DNA of 32,000 nt, from contig LYOS01000006.1 of the NCBI GenBank assembly GCA_001766815.1, forward strand, positions 20,147 through 52,146, written 5' to 3'. Shown here piece after piece: positions 17,699-26,859 of the stretch (position 1 is the first letter of the stretch; each line of letters opens with the position of its first letter). Source of the stretch: Candidatus Syntropharchaeum caldarium (GTDB taxonomy: Archaea; Halobacteriota; Syntropharchaeia; Syntropharchaeales; Syntropharchaeaceae). Position numbers and translations under genes: made by a program. The notes under the pieces were generated by a model, which saw nothing but the letters and a program-made list of their open reading frames with translations, searched no databases and was not told the DNA's origin.

Positions 17699-17743
17699 TC
17701 AAAACCATCTTCTCTTAAAATCGTTTTCCACAAGAGAAAAGAC

Positions 17744-19381
17744 CTATTTATGCCCAAAACACGCCACAATCTCACTCTCGCTGACCGAATCGATCCTCAC
17801 AAATCCAAACCGCTCAAACTGTACAACTTTCCCAACCTCATTCCTGATAGAACTTTCTCCAACTCCCGATATAACCGCTCCATCTGGCATCAAAACAGAG
17901 ACTGGAACCGCGTCATCAAGAGGAACCGACTGGATGATCGAAGCGTTCTCTTTCTTTGCAAACTCAAGGTCATCTCCTGCGTAAGATACAGTGACTGGTT
18001 CTAACTTCTCAATCCTTATATTGAAACGATTCTTCAGGCGGAGTATATCCCCTTCTTTCAGTTTGTTGAGATCATCCCTCGGGATGTAAAAATCACCCTT
18101 CCCCTCCACTTTTACCACAACAGGGTCAGGCACAAAGAAGGCATGTGCTGCGATCGGGTCAACCAGTTTTCGGTTCTCCCCGTAGAGGTTCTTCATGCTG
18201 AATGCAACATCGTTCTCACCAAGCCCCATCTCTATCATGACCTTTTCTATAGCCCGAGGTTGAATGCCCCTGCGCCTCAACGCCCTGAGCGTTGGAAGTC
18301 TTGGATCATCCCAGCCCGTGTATCTCCCCTCTTTGATACCTCTTCCAATCTCGCTTGTCGAGAACCGCCCAAACTCATGGATCCTGATTCTGCCCCAGTG
18401 GATCGTCACAGGATATTCCCATCCAAGATAATCATAGATATAGCGCTGTCTCCGCTCACTATCGATCAGGTCCTTTCCCCGAATGATGTGTGTGATCCCA
18501 AGCACGTGATCCTCGATCGCTGACTCAAAGTCGAGCATGGGCCAGACGATGTATCGAGTTCCAACCCTTGGATGCGCTGCCCTTGTGATCCTGAATGCAA
18601 CCCAGTCTCTGATCGCAGGGTCTTTATGTCTGATATCAGTCTTTATCCTCAAAACCGCGGCTTTATCCTCGTACTCGCCATCAAGCATCCGCTGCCATCT
18701 TTCAAGATTTGTTTCAACTGATGTATCTCGATCAGGGCATGGCTTCTTTGCATCCTTAAGTTCTTTGAACGCTTTCTGTGGACAGAGACAGACATACGCC
18801 TTGCCAAGCTCGATAAGTTCGGTTGCATATTCATAATACATCTCGATCCGATCAGATGCAATTATGATCTCATCTGGATGAACCCCAAGCCAGGAAATAT
18901 CCTCCAGATACCAATCATACGCCTCGATCATCGGTTTCTTCGTGGACGGATCGGTATCATCAAAGCGTATTATGAGCTTTCCACCATACTTTTTAACATA
19001 GGCAGCATTCACAACAATTCCACGTGCATTTCCAAGCGTGGGTGTGCCGTTTGGGTTAGGGGCAAACCGCATGATAACACCGTTTTCCGCCCCTTCAAGT
19101 TCAGGCAGACCTTTTCTGGGTTCTTTTGGCTCAAAGATCTCATCGATAAGTTCTGGAGCAATTCTTTCGAGTTCAGGTCGCCATCGATCTCTGCCAAGTT
19201 CATCAACCTGGGCGAGCACCTCATCAACAATTTCTGTGATCTTCTTTGCCTCTGATCGAAGTTCAGGATGCTCTCCCATCACCTTACCCATCACAGCACC
19301 CTTCTGCGGTGTTTGCCCGTACTTAACCGCGTTCTGAAGTGCGTACCTTCGTATCAGATCTCTGATCACAGTTTCTTCCAT
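17744..19381 (-). CDS. gltX: glutamate--tRNA ligase (archaeal type)
   Basis: The 545-aa ORF has RFAPNPNGTPTLGNARG (HIGH-region variant), IIRFDDTDP and HIIRGKD, plus a C-terminal anticodon-binding beta-barrel region typical of archaeal/eukaryal GluRS. Confidence 0.9.
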   Translation of the reverse strand: MEETVIRDLIRRYALQNAVKYGQTPQKGAVMGKVMGEHPELRSEAKKITEIVDEVLAQVDELGRDRWRPELERIAPELIDEIFEPKEPRKGLPELEGAENGVIMRFAPNPNGTPTLGNARGIVVNAAYVKKYGGKLIIRFDDTDPSTKKPMIEAYDWYLEDISWLGVHPDEIIIASDRIEMYYEYATELIELGKAYVCLCPQKAFKELKDAKKPCPDRDTSVETNLERWQRMLDGEYEDKAAVLRIKTDIRHKDPAIRDWVAFRITRAAHPRVGTRYIVWPMLDFESAIEDHVLGITHIIRGKDLIDSERRQRYIYDYLGWEYPVTIHWGRIRIHEFGRFSTSEIGRGIKEGRYTGWDDPRLPTLRALRRRGIQPRAIEKVMIEMGLGENDVAFSMKNLYGENRKLVDPIAAHAFFVPDPVVVKVEGKGDFYIPRDDLNKLKEGDILRLKNRFNIRIEKLEPVTVSYAGDDLEFAKKENASIIQSVPLDDAVPVSVLMPDGAVISGVGESSIRNEVGKVVQFERFGFVRIDSVSESEIVACFGHK

Positions 19382-20437
19382 TTAAAAATACGCTCCTGCG
19401 GACTCAACTGACCTTGCAATAAGCTCCGCCCCTTTATCAATATCACCGAGACTCACAACCTCAACGGGTGAGTGAATGTATCGCGCTGGCACGCTTATCA
19501 CGCTTGAAGGTACCCCATCTCTTGTCAGGGATATCGCTGTAGCATCAGTTGTACCACCATCAGATACATCCACCTGGTAAGGTATCTCATGCTTCTCTGC
19601 CGTCTCTTTTAGCCACCTGAGTACCGGTTCTGGCGTGATGATCCCCCTGCCACCCGCATCAAGAACCGTGATCGCAGGACCTTTTCCCATCTTCACGGTT
19701 GAGTACGTCTTCTCACACCCAGGATGATCACCGCTGATACAGACATCGGTTGCAATCGCGAGATCGGGCTTCACCCTGTACGCCGAGGTTCTTGCACCCT
19801 TAAGCCCAACTTCCTCCTGGACTGTGCCAACAACCGTGACGGTAACATCCTGCTTTATCCGTTTGAGTGCTTCGATCACCATAGCAAGCCCTGCCCTGTT
19901 ATCAAATGCCTTCGATGTCACACAATCATTTGCAAGCTTTCTGAGGCTGCGATCAGGTGTAACAGGAAGTCCTTCAGTGATTCCGAGTGATTCAACCTCC
20001 TCTTTACTCGTACACCCAATATCGATGAACATATCTTCAGCTTTTACAGGTTTCTTTCGCTCCTCTGGATCCATCAAATGCGGTGGTTTTGAGCCAATAA
20101 CACCGTAAACAGGTCCTTTGCTCCCATGTATTACAATCCGCTGTCCAAGAAGGATCTGATCAAACCAGCCCCCCACCTTTACGAACCTGATGTAACCGTT
20201 CTCATCTATAAACTTCGTCATAAGCCCGATCTCATCCATGTGGGCTGCAAGCATAACCTTTGGACCGTTTCCGTCTCGGGATGCGATGAGATTTCCGATC
20301 CCATCAATTATAACCTCGTCCACGAACGGCTCAACCTCTGCCTTTACAATCTTCTGAATATCTCGCTCAAAGCCTGAGATTCCCCGTGCATTTGAGAGTT
20401 TCTCAAGCAGATTCCTGATTCCATCGATATTTTCCAT
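19382..20437 (-). CDS. M42 family metallopeptidase (TET aminopeptidase / FrvX-like)
   Basis: ORF 19382..20533, trimmed to MENIDGIRNLLEKLSNARGISGFE. It has AAHMDEIG, FDNRAG, VQEEVGLKGA and RYIHSP motifs. Its stop abuts the gltX ATG (TAAATG on the minus strand). Confidence 0.85.
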   Translation of the reverse strand: MENIDGIRNLLEKLSNARGISGFERDIQKIVKAEVEPFVDEVIIDGIGNLIASRDGNGPKVMLAAHMDEIGLMTKFIDENGYIRFVKVGGWFDQILLGQRIVIHGSKGPVYGVIGSKPPHLMDPEERKKPVKAEDMFIDIGCTSKEEVESLGITEGLPVTPDRSLRKLANDCVTSKAFDNRAGLAMVIEALKRIKQDVTVTVVGTVQEEVGLKGARTSAYRVKPDLAIATDVCISGDHPGCEKTYSTVKMGKGPAITVLDAGGRGIITPEPVLRWLKETAEKHEIPYQVDVSDGGTTDATAISLTRDGVPSSVISVPARYIHSPVEVVSLGDIDKGAELIARSVESAGAYF

Positions 20438-20484
20438 CACGACACCAAATCCTTTTTCTATCCGATCATCTATAAAGATATACG

Positions 20485-21765
20485 ATGAAGAAGTTGCATG
20501 GAGAAGATGCGGTTTCAAGCCTTGTCGGAGCACTGCTCTTGCTTGCGATCTTTGTCAGCTTTATAGCGATGCTACAGGTTCATAGTGTGCCAGTATGGAA
20601 TCGAGAGGTTGAATACGGCCACATGGACACGCTTTATAATGATTTCTCAAATTTTAAGGTTGCTGTAGAGGATTCAGTGATTTATAACCTCCCAAAATCG
20701 GCATCGATCCACATGGGAACGCGATATCCAACACGGGTCTTGTTGAGAAACCCACAGAGCCATAGCTCAGGTACGCTCACGATCGTAAATAATTCCTGGG
20801 TGAATATCAGCTATGGTGGCAAGAAGATCGCAATTCAGACCGCAACCCTTTCGTTTGAACCAAACCACCTCTATGCAGATACGCCTACACTTGTATATGA
20901 GTATGGCACGGTTATAAGATCCTACAGTAATGCAAATGTAACAACAGATGACCAATCGATAATTCGGGAGGGCAGGATCACGATACCGGTTATACTGACG
21001 GGCGAGAATCTCACATCGATCTCAGGATCTGAAGTAAGAGAGGTCAACCTGAATCCTGCCACCGAAGCACTTCCGATAATAATTAACCCTCCGGGAGATG
21101 TCAATATCACACTCACAACCAGTTATCCTGATGTATGGAAACGACTTCTTGATGACATCCCCAACACCAACGTCTCAGGAAACACGATATTCATCAATAG
21201 AACAGGGATAAAGGAGATCAGATATCCGGAGAATGCAACAGCAAGCGGGCTGTACGCAGGGCTGATAAGGATCAGCAATGAGAGCACGGCAAAGTCGGTG
21301 CGGTTGTACCCAAAAGCTATTCTGGATAATACGAGTACTGGGTACTGGCTTGATCTGGGAGAAGTAACCATGTTCAGGTACGATGATGGCAAGACATATC
21401 GAAACAAACAAACATGGCGTAATACCCCTCCGTTCCCCAATCCAAATGTATACTTTTCTTTTTACTTTGACTCACCCATACCCCAGAATGCCAGAATCAT
21501 TAATGCAACGCTTGTGAACAAATATGCAAAGTCAGACGGAAATATAACCTGTGAGGTCAAGATCTACAACAGCACATCCGAGAGTGATTATATCCCACTT
21601 ACTTACCCTCTTACGTACCCTTCGCTTACCTGTGGCGAGTATATAAGAACCACAGATGACCTAAACAACCTCAGCGTTAAACTTTTTGGTTATAATACAT
21701 ACACTCTTGCTTCCCCTGACTACACTTACCACGACCTCACCTACATCGAGATAACCTATATTTAA
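20485..21765 (+). CDS. secreted/surface protein with archaeal type IV pilin-like (class III) signal peptide; sequon-rich
   Basis: The N-terminus MKKLHGEDAVSSLVGALLLLAIFVSFIAML resembles the archaeal pilin / DUF1628 N-terminal pattern (D.AVS...G..LL.AI). I count 14 N-x-S/T sequons in the mature part. I recognised no other domain. Confidence 0.6.
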   Translation: MKKLHGEDAVSSLVGALLLLAIFVSFIAMLQVHSVPVWNREVEYGHMDTLYNDFSNFKVAVEDSVIYNLPKSASIHMGTRYPTRVLLRNPQSHSSGTLTIVNNSWVNISYGGKKIAIQTATLSFEPNHLYADTPTLVYEYGTVIRSYSNANVTTDDQSIIREGRITIPVILTGENLTSISGSEVREVNLNPATEALPIIINPPGDVNITLTTSYPDVWKRLLDDIPNTNVSGNTIFINRTGIKEIRYPENATASGLYAGLIRISNESTAKSVRLYPKAILDNTSTGYWLDLGEVTMFRYDDGKTYRNKQTWRNTPPFPNPNVYFSFYFDSPIPQNARIINATLVNKYAKSDGNITCEVKIYNSTSESDYIPLTYPLTYPSLTCGEYIRTTDDLNNLSVKLFGYNTYTLASPDYTYHDLTYIEITYI

Positions 21766-21787
21766 TCTCAGGAGAGATGAGAAGAAG

Positions 21788-22687
21788 ATGTCAGACGTTA
21801 AGATATTCTGGGACCCAAAGGGGTTTGAGCTTGACTCACTCGGAAGGAAGAAGTATATCAGGGCAACTGACGGGGATACACCCTATATCTCAACCTCGAT
21901 CAGGATGCTTGGTATCGACACCCCGGAGGTACATTATCCGGGTAACAGTTCCCCCGTTAAGTTTGATGCAAAGCTCAAAGAACTTGCAGGCTGGATCAGA
22001 GAGGGTATTGCGCCTGTAGATGAAGCACTCGGAGAATACCTGATTCCCAGGCTTGAAACTGGCGAAGCAGGCACGCTCCAGAAAGAGCAGGGTGAGCAGG
22101 CAAGAGCATACTTTGAAGCACTCCTCGATAGACTGTTGAGAAAAGAGAGCGGTAGAAGGCGATCGGTATATATTCAGACAGCGGATGAACCCTTTGACCA
22201 GTATGGGAGGCTCCTTGCATACATGGCACCGTCTTACACATCAGATGAGCTTGCAAAACTCTCAAGGCATGAACGGGCGACGTTCAACTACTTAATGGTT
22301 GAATCAGGGTGGGCAGCAAGTTTTTTGATCTACCCCAGTTTACCGAAGCACGCCGACCTTGTGATGCTGCAGGAGGGTGCAAAAGCAGCATGTGAGAACA
22401 GGCGAGGTGCATGGGAGAACGAATTGATGCTCACAGGTTATGAGTTCAGGATGGCTGTAAAACTCTATAATATCACAAAGAAAATCGTGGCTAACAGGAA
22501 TGTATCCTCAAGGGAAAGGTCTGGATGGATAAGCCGATTCTGTGTGGATATGACAAGCGGTGAGATATTCTATCCACAGGAATATTATAAAGTCTCGCCT
22601 TACAACAGAATATTTGTTTGGCCAGCAGATGTCACGGATGCGGTCGCCAAGATGAATCTTAAACCCCCTATCGATCGAGAAGCATGA
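21788..22687 (+). CDS. staphylococcal-nuclease (SNase/thermonuclease)-like protein, no obvious signal peptide
   Basis: It has ATDGDTPYI...IRMLGIDTPE...FDQYGRLLAYM...NYLMVESGWA, which matches the SNase signature order (DGDT, R.lGiD.PE, D.yGR.la, n..lv..G.A). It carries a roughly 110-aa C-terminal extension of unknown type. Confidence 0.72.
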   Translation: MSDVKIFWDPKGFELDSLGRKKYIRATDGDTPYISTSIRMLGIDTPEVHYPGNSSPVKFDAKLKELAGWIREGIAPVDEALGEYLIPRLETGEAGTLQKEQGEQARAYFEALLDRLLRKESGRRRSVYIQTADEPFDQYGRLLAYMAPSYTSDELAKLSRHERATFNYLMVESGWAASFLIYPSLPKHADLVMLQEGAKAACENRRGAWENELMLTGYEFRMAVKLYNITKKIVANRNVSSRERSGWISRFCVDMTSGEIFYPQEYYKVSPYNRIFVWPADVTDAVAKMNLKPPIDREA

Positions 22688-23853
22688 AAAAGTTAGATAT
22701 CATCGAGCAGGAAGCAGTATGGATCCAGCCAACATACACGAGACAACCCATCGTGCTCGTGAAGGGGAATGGCGCCTATGTATGGGATACTGAGGGTAGA
22801 AAGTACCTCGACTTTGTTGCAGGGATTGCGGTCAACAACGTCGGACACTGCCACCCAAAAGTCGTTGATGCGATAAAGAGACAGGCAGAGCTTTTGATTC
22901 ATACATCTAACCTCTACTTCACAGAACCCCAGGTTGTGCTCGCCAGGCGTCTATGTGAGATTGCAGGGATGAGAAAGGCGTTCTTCTGTAACTCTGGCGC
23001 GGAAGCGGTTGAGGGTGCGATAAAGCTCGCAAAGCGGTATACAGGAAAATCAAAGATCATCGCGGCTCGTGGAAGCTTTCATGGTAGAACCGCTGGCTCA
23101 CTCAGTCTGACAGACAGCCCTAAGTACCAGGCACCTTTCATGCCGCTCATGCCGGGCGTTGAGTTTATTCCCTACAACGATGTAGATGCGTTAGCAGAGA
23201 GGATCGATGATGAGACTGCTGCGGTTATTCTTGAGCCAGTACAGGGTGAGAGCGGGGTCAACATCCCTGATGATGACTATCTTAAAGGTGTAAGAGAGAT
23301 CTGCGATGAGAAGGAGGTGCTACTCATATTCGATGAAGTTCAGACTGGTTTTGGGAGGACGGGCAGATGGTTTGGGAAGGATCACGCAGATGTTCTGCCA
23401 GATATTATGACGCTTGGAAAGGCGATTGCAGGGGGATTGCCAATGGGGGCGGTTCTATCAAGCGAGGGGGTTGAGTTTGCACCAGGTGAACACGCATCAA
23501 CCTTTGGTGGTGGGCCACTCATCTGTTCGGCAGCAATCGCCACGATCGAAGCCATAGAATCAGAGGATCTCGTCAGAAATTCAGCAAAGATGGGTGAAAT
23601 CCTGCTTCACAAACTCCGCAGCCTCGACCTTTCGATCGTAAGGGAGATCAGGGGAAGGGGGCTCATGATCGGAATGGAGCTTGAGAAAGCGGGTGCAGGA
23701 ATCGTTGATATATTCAGAGAGAGTGGAGTTCTTATAAACTGCACAGCAGAGACGGTTCTCAGGTTTGTACCACCACTCATAATCGGAGAACGCGAGATCT
23801 CAGGACTTATACAGGTCTTTGACGAGCGAAGGGATGAGATTGAATCTGTATAA
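22684..23853 (+). CDS. argD: acetylornithine/acetyl-lysine aminotransferase (class III PLP aminotransferase)
   Basis: It has YLDFVAGIAVNNVGHCHPKVV, NSGAEAVEGAIKLA, FDEVQTGFGRTG, TLGKAIAGGLPMGA and STFGG. Its ATG forms an ATGA overlap with the upstream gene (22684-22687). Confidence 0.85.
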   Translation: MKKLDIIEQEAVWIQPTYTRQPIVLVKGNGAYVWDTEGRKYLDFVAGIAVNNVGHCHPKVVDAIKRQAELLIHTSNLYFTEPQVVLARRLCEIAGMRKAFFCNSGAEAVEGAIKLAKRYTGKSKIIAARGSFHGRTAGSLSLTDSPKYQAPFMPLMPGVEFIPYNDVDALAERIDDETAAVILEPVQGESGVNIPDDDYLKGVREICDEKEVLLIFDEVQTGFGRTGRWFGKDHADVLPDIMTLGKAIAGGLPMGAVLSSEGVEFAPGEHASTFGGGPLICSAAIATIEAIESEDLVRNSAKMGEILLHKLRSLDLSIVREIRGRGLMIGMELEKAGAGIVDIFRESGVLINCTAETVLRFVPPLIIGEREISGLIQVFDERRDEIESV

Positions 23854-24442
23854 GCATGGATTGCGGGTGCTTGGGATTGCTGAGAGCTTCAAAAGAAGGG
23901 GGGAGCGGTCGATACTCGCAGGGATCGTGATGCGGGCTGATTCTGAGATAGACGGGGTTGCAGTTGATTCTGCCAGTGTTGGAGGACTTGATGCAACAGA
24001 TGCGGTTCTCAGGATCTTTAAAAAGCTCTCTCGCGAGGATATTAACATCATTCTCCTGAATGGAGCTGTTGTAAGCTGGTTTAATATCATCGAGATTGAT
24101 AAATTGTATGACCACCTGAGAGTTCCAATCATCTCTGTCACGTATGAGGAATCAGAAGGACTTGAACGCTACATCAGGGAGTATTTTGGCGATTCTGTGG
24201 ATTTTGATGAACGGATACGGCGTTACAGAGGGCTTGGAGAGAGGTGTGAGGTCAAACTGAAGAATGGATTTACAATCTGGGTCAGAACCGCTGGAATCAG
24301 CGAAGAGGATGCCACAGTTGTCTTAAATCGCTTCACGCATCATGGAAAAATAGCAGAGCCGATCAAGGTTGCACGTCTCATTGCAAGAAGCGTCATGGGA
24401 CTTCAGGAAGAATGGGAGGGATTATATCTACAGAATAGTTGA
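23834..24442 (+). CDS. DUF99 / UPF0215 protein (endonuclease-V-like fold family)
   Basis: ORF 23819..24442. I prefer ATG 23834 (MRLNLYKHGLRVLGIAESF...) over TTG 23819. The pattern RVLGI.ESF...GIVMR...DGV...GG.DATD..........I.I.LNG fits archaeal DUF99 as I recall it. It overlaps the argD 3' end. Confidence 0.68.
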   Translation: MRLNLYKHGLRVLGIAESFKRRGERSILAGIVMRADSEIDGVAVDSASVGGLDATDAVLRIFKKLSREDINIILLNGAVVSWFNIIEIDKLYDHLRVPIISVTYEESEGLERYIREYFGDSVDFDERIRRYRGLGERCEVKLKNGFTIWVRTAGISEEDATVVLNRFTHHGKIAEPIKVARLIARSVMGLQEEWEGLYLQNS

Positions 24443-25280
24443 GAAAAAACGGCTTGCACCTGATATTGTAAGAATCGAGGTTGAAGCGCCACTTGTTGCA
24501 AGAAAAGCGATATCAGGGCAGTTCGTGATTATCAGGCTAAAGGAGGGAGGTGAACGGATACCGCTCACGATCTCAGGCAGCGATCCCAAGAAGGGTCTTA
24601 TCACGATCATATTTCAGGAGATTGGAAAGACAACGATCGAGCTTGGCAGGATGGAGGAGGGGGAATCAATCCTGAATCTGGTTGGGCCACTGGGTATGCC
24701 TGCTGAGCTTAAGAACTTTGGGACGGTTGTCTGTGTTGGTGGCGGGGTTGGGATTGCACCGATCCTTTACAGGGTGAAAGCGCTTAAAAGCGTGGGAAAC
24801 AGGGTCATATCGATAATTGGGGCGAGGAATAAAGACCTTCTGATTCTACATAACGAGATGAAAGAACTATCGGATGAACTCCATATCGCAACAGATGATG
24901 GGACGCTTGGACGAAAGGGTTTTGTTACAGACGTGCTTGATGAAGTGCTCGCTGAAAATCGGGTTGATTTAATTATCGCGATAGGTCCTGTTGTGATGAT
25001 GAGAGCGGTTACAGGTGTTGGAAGCGCGCATGGAGTCAGAACCGTTGTGAGCTTGAATCCGATCATGGTTGATGGAACCGGGATGTGTGGCTCATGCAGG
25101 GTGACTGTTGGCAAAAAGGTCAGGTTTGCGTGTGTCGATGGTCCTGAGTTTGATGGTGAATTTGTTGACTTTGATGAACTGCTTCAGCGAAACCGCAGGT
25201 ATCTCAAAGAGGAAGCGGCATCACTCATGGTCATGCGAGCTGGGAGGTGTACGTGCTTTGAAGAAACAGGATGTGAGTAG
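24369..25280 (+). CDS. nfnA: NfnA/SudB-like ferredoxin-NADP+ oxidoreductase small subunit (PyrK-like FAD/[2Fe-2S] protein)
   Basis: It has YRIVEKKRLAPDIVRIEVEAPLVARKAISGQFVIIRL..RIPLTIS, VGGGVGIAP and a C-terminal MCGSCRV...FACVDGPEF cluster. There is no ATG near the expected N-terminus, and TTG 24369 or 24381 are the only canonical starts. It overlaps the DUF99 gene by about 60-75 nt. Confidence 0.8.
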   Translation: MHVSLQEASWDFRKNGRDYIYRIVEKKRLAPDIVRIEVEAPLVARKAISGQFVIIRLKEGGERIPLTISGSDPKKGLITIIFQEIGKTTIELGRMEEGESILNLVGPLGMPAELKNFGTVVCVGGGVGIAPILYRVKALKSVGNRVISIIGARNKDLLILHNEMKELSDELHIATDDGTLGRKGFVTDVLDEVLAENRVDLIIAIGPVVMMRAVTGVGSAHGVRTVVSLNPIMVDGTGMCGSCRVTVGKKVRFACVDGPEFDGEFVDFDELLQRNRRYLKEEAASLMVMRAGRCTCFEETGCE

Positions 25281-26703
25281 GCGTATCAAAAATTTCGAGG
25301 AGGTTGCACTCGGGCTTGACGAAACAGAGGCAGTTCTTGAGGCAAAACGATGCCTTGAATGCCAGCGTCCGTGGTGTGTCAGGGGTTGTCCTGTTGGGGT
25401 GGATATACCGCGATTTATCCGTGCTATCAGGGATGGAAGGTTTGAAGACGGGATAAGAATCATCTGGGAGAAGAACTCGCTTCCTGCTGTATGTGGCAGG
25501 GTCTGTCCGCATGAGGTGCAGTGTGAAGGGGTCTGTTCACTCGCAAGAGGTTGCTCGAAGTTTATGACAGCGAAGGGGAGAGCAAGGGTTGAAGCATTTT
25601 TAGAACAGTTCAACCTCACCCAAAAGCGGAGAAGACCTGTATCAATCGGGGCGTTAGAGCGTTTTCTCGCGGACTATGCAGCAGAACATGGTATCACTCC
25701 TTATACTGCTGGATCAGATATGAAAGGAAAGGGAAAGGTTGCCCTCGTTGGATCGGGTCCTGCCTCGCTTGCAGCAGCAGGTGAGCTTGCACGGAGGGGT
25801 TACCATGCAACCATCTTTGAAGCCCTTCATGCACCTGGTGGGGTTCTCAGATACGGGATTCCAAACTTCAGACTCCCAGAAGAGATCATCGATCGGGAGA
25901 TAAGACAGCTTAAAGATATGGGTGTCGAGTTCAGGCAGGATGTTCTGATCGGGAGAACGTTGACGATTGATGAACTTTTATCTGACTTTGATGCGGTTTT
26001 TATCGGAAGTGGTGCAGGTGCGCCTGTCTTGATGGGAATTGAAGGAGAAAACCTGAACGGTGTCTATTCTGCAAACGAGTTTCTGACACGTGTGAACCTG
26101 ATGGAGGCATACCGTTTCCCTGAGACCGATACGCCGATCAATATTGGGAAAAGGGTTGTTACAATCGGTGGTGGGAATGTGGCGATGGACTCGGCCCGTG
26201 TTGCCCTCAGACTCGGTGCAGAGGAGTCGATCATACTCTACAGGAGACGCCGTGAGGAGATGCCAGCAAGGCGTGAGGAGATTGAGAATGCTGAAGAGGA
26301 AGGAGTGGAGTTTAAGTTTCTCACAACCCCTACAAAGTACATCGGCGATGATGAGGGGTGTGTTAGAGCGGTTGAGTGTATCAGGATGGAGCCTGGCGAG
26401 GTGGATGATTCTGGGAGACAGCGTCCTGTTCCTGTTGCAGGATCTGAGTTTACGATCGAGGCTGATACCGTGATCGTTGCGATCGGACAGCGCCCAAATC
26501 CTCTGATACCAACCACAACTCAGGGGCTTGAAACTGGGAAGATCAGAAATATCATCGCAGATGAGAGTGGCAGAACATCGATAAAGGGTGTATTTGCAGG
26601 AGGAGATGCTACAACCGGTGCTGCCACCGTGATACTTGCGATGGGTGCGGGAGTCAGGGCGGCACGTGCTATAGCTGAGTATATTGAAGGATGCAAAGAT
26701 TGA
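25258..26703 (+). CDS. nfnB: NfnB/SudA-like subunit (glutamate synthase small-chain GltD family)
   Basis: It has RIKNFEEVALGL....AKRCLEC..P.C..GCPV and CGRVCP...CEGVC (two Fe-S motifs), then VALVGSGPASLAAAGELARRG and VVTIGGGNVAMD, with a C-terminal GVFAGGDATTGAATVI. Track ORF 25108..26703 was trimmed. The start is probably TTG 25258 or GTG 25273, next to the nfnA stop at 25280. Confidence 0.85.
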   Translation: MKKQDVSRRIKNFEEVALGLDETEAVLEAKRCLECQRPWCVRGCPVGVDIPRFIRAIRDGRFEDGIRIIWEKNSLPAVCGRVCPHEVQCEGVCSLARGCSKFMTAKGRARVEAFLEQFNLTQKRRRPVSIGALERFLADYAAEHGITPYTAGSDMKGKGKVALVGSGPASLAAAGELARRGYHATIFEALHAPGGVLRYGIPNFRLPEEIIDREIRQLKDMGVEFRQDVLIGRTLTIDELLSDFDAVFIGSGAGAPVLMGIEGENLNGVYSANEFLTRVNLMEAYRFPETDTPINIGKRVVTIGGGNVAMDSARVALRLGAEESIILYRRRREEMPARREEIENAEEEGVEFKFLTTPTKYIGDDEGCVRAVECIRMEPGEVDDSGRQRPVPVAGSEFTIEADTVIVAIGQRPNPLIPTTTQGLETGKIRNIIADESGRTSIKGVFAGGDATTGAATVILAMGAGVRAARAIAEYIEGCKD

Positions 26704-26776
26704 CGATCATCGAGCACTGTTTTACTTTACTTACTCCTGAATCTTGTCGTTCGCCTCCAGATGGTCATACCAAAAA

Positions 26777-26788
26777 TTTATATAAAAG
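26777..26788 (+). promoter_or_regulatory. TATA-like box upstream of the orphan 231-aa ORF
   Basis: tttatataaaag lies in an AT-rich 156-nt gap. The inverted repeat GGATTC(26801-26806)/GAATCC(26817-26822) follows it. Pattern only. Confidence 0.3.
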
Positions 26789-26859
26789 ATTAATAGAATA
26801 GGATTCAATTGGAAGAGAATCCTTCCATTTATAGAACGTATGATCGAGAGGAATGAATA

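Noticed and set aside
17699-17743. Inverted repeat ttctctt...aagagaa between convergent CPA2 and gltX genes, considered as a bidirectional terminator.
   Set aside because: It is a 7-bp stem with a roughly 15-nt loop and no clear oligo-T run. That is too weak to call, and archaeal termination relies mainly on T-tracts.
21595-21630. Short tandem repeat cttacttaccctcttacgtaccctt (LTYPLTYP) in the pilin-like gene.
   Set aside because: There are only two imperfect units within a coding region. That is too short to call a repeat element or phase-variation tract.
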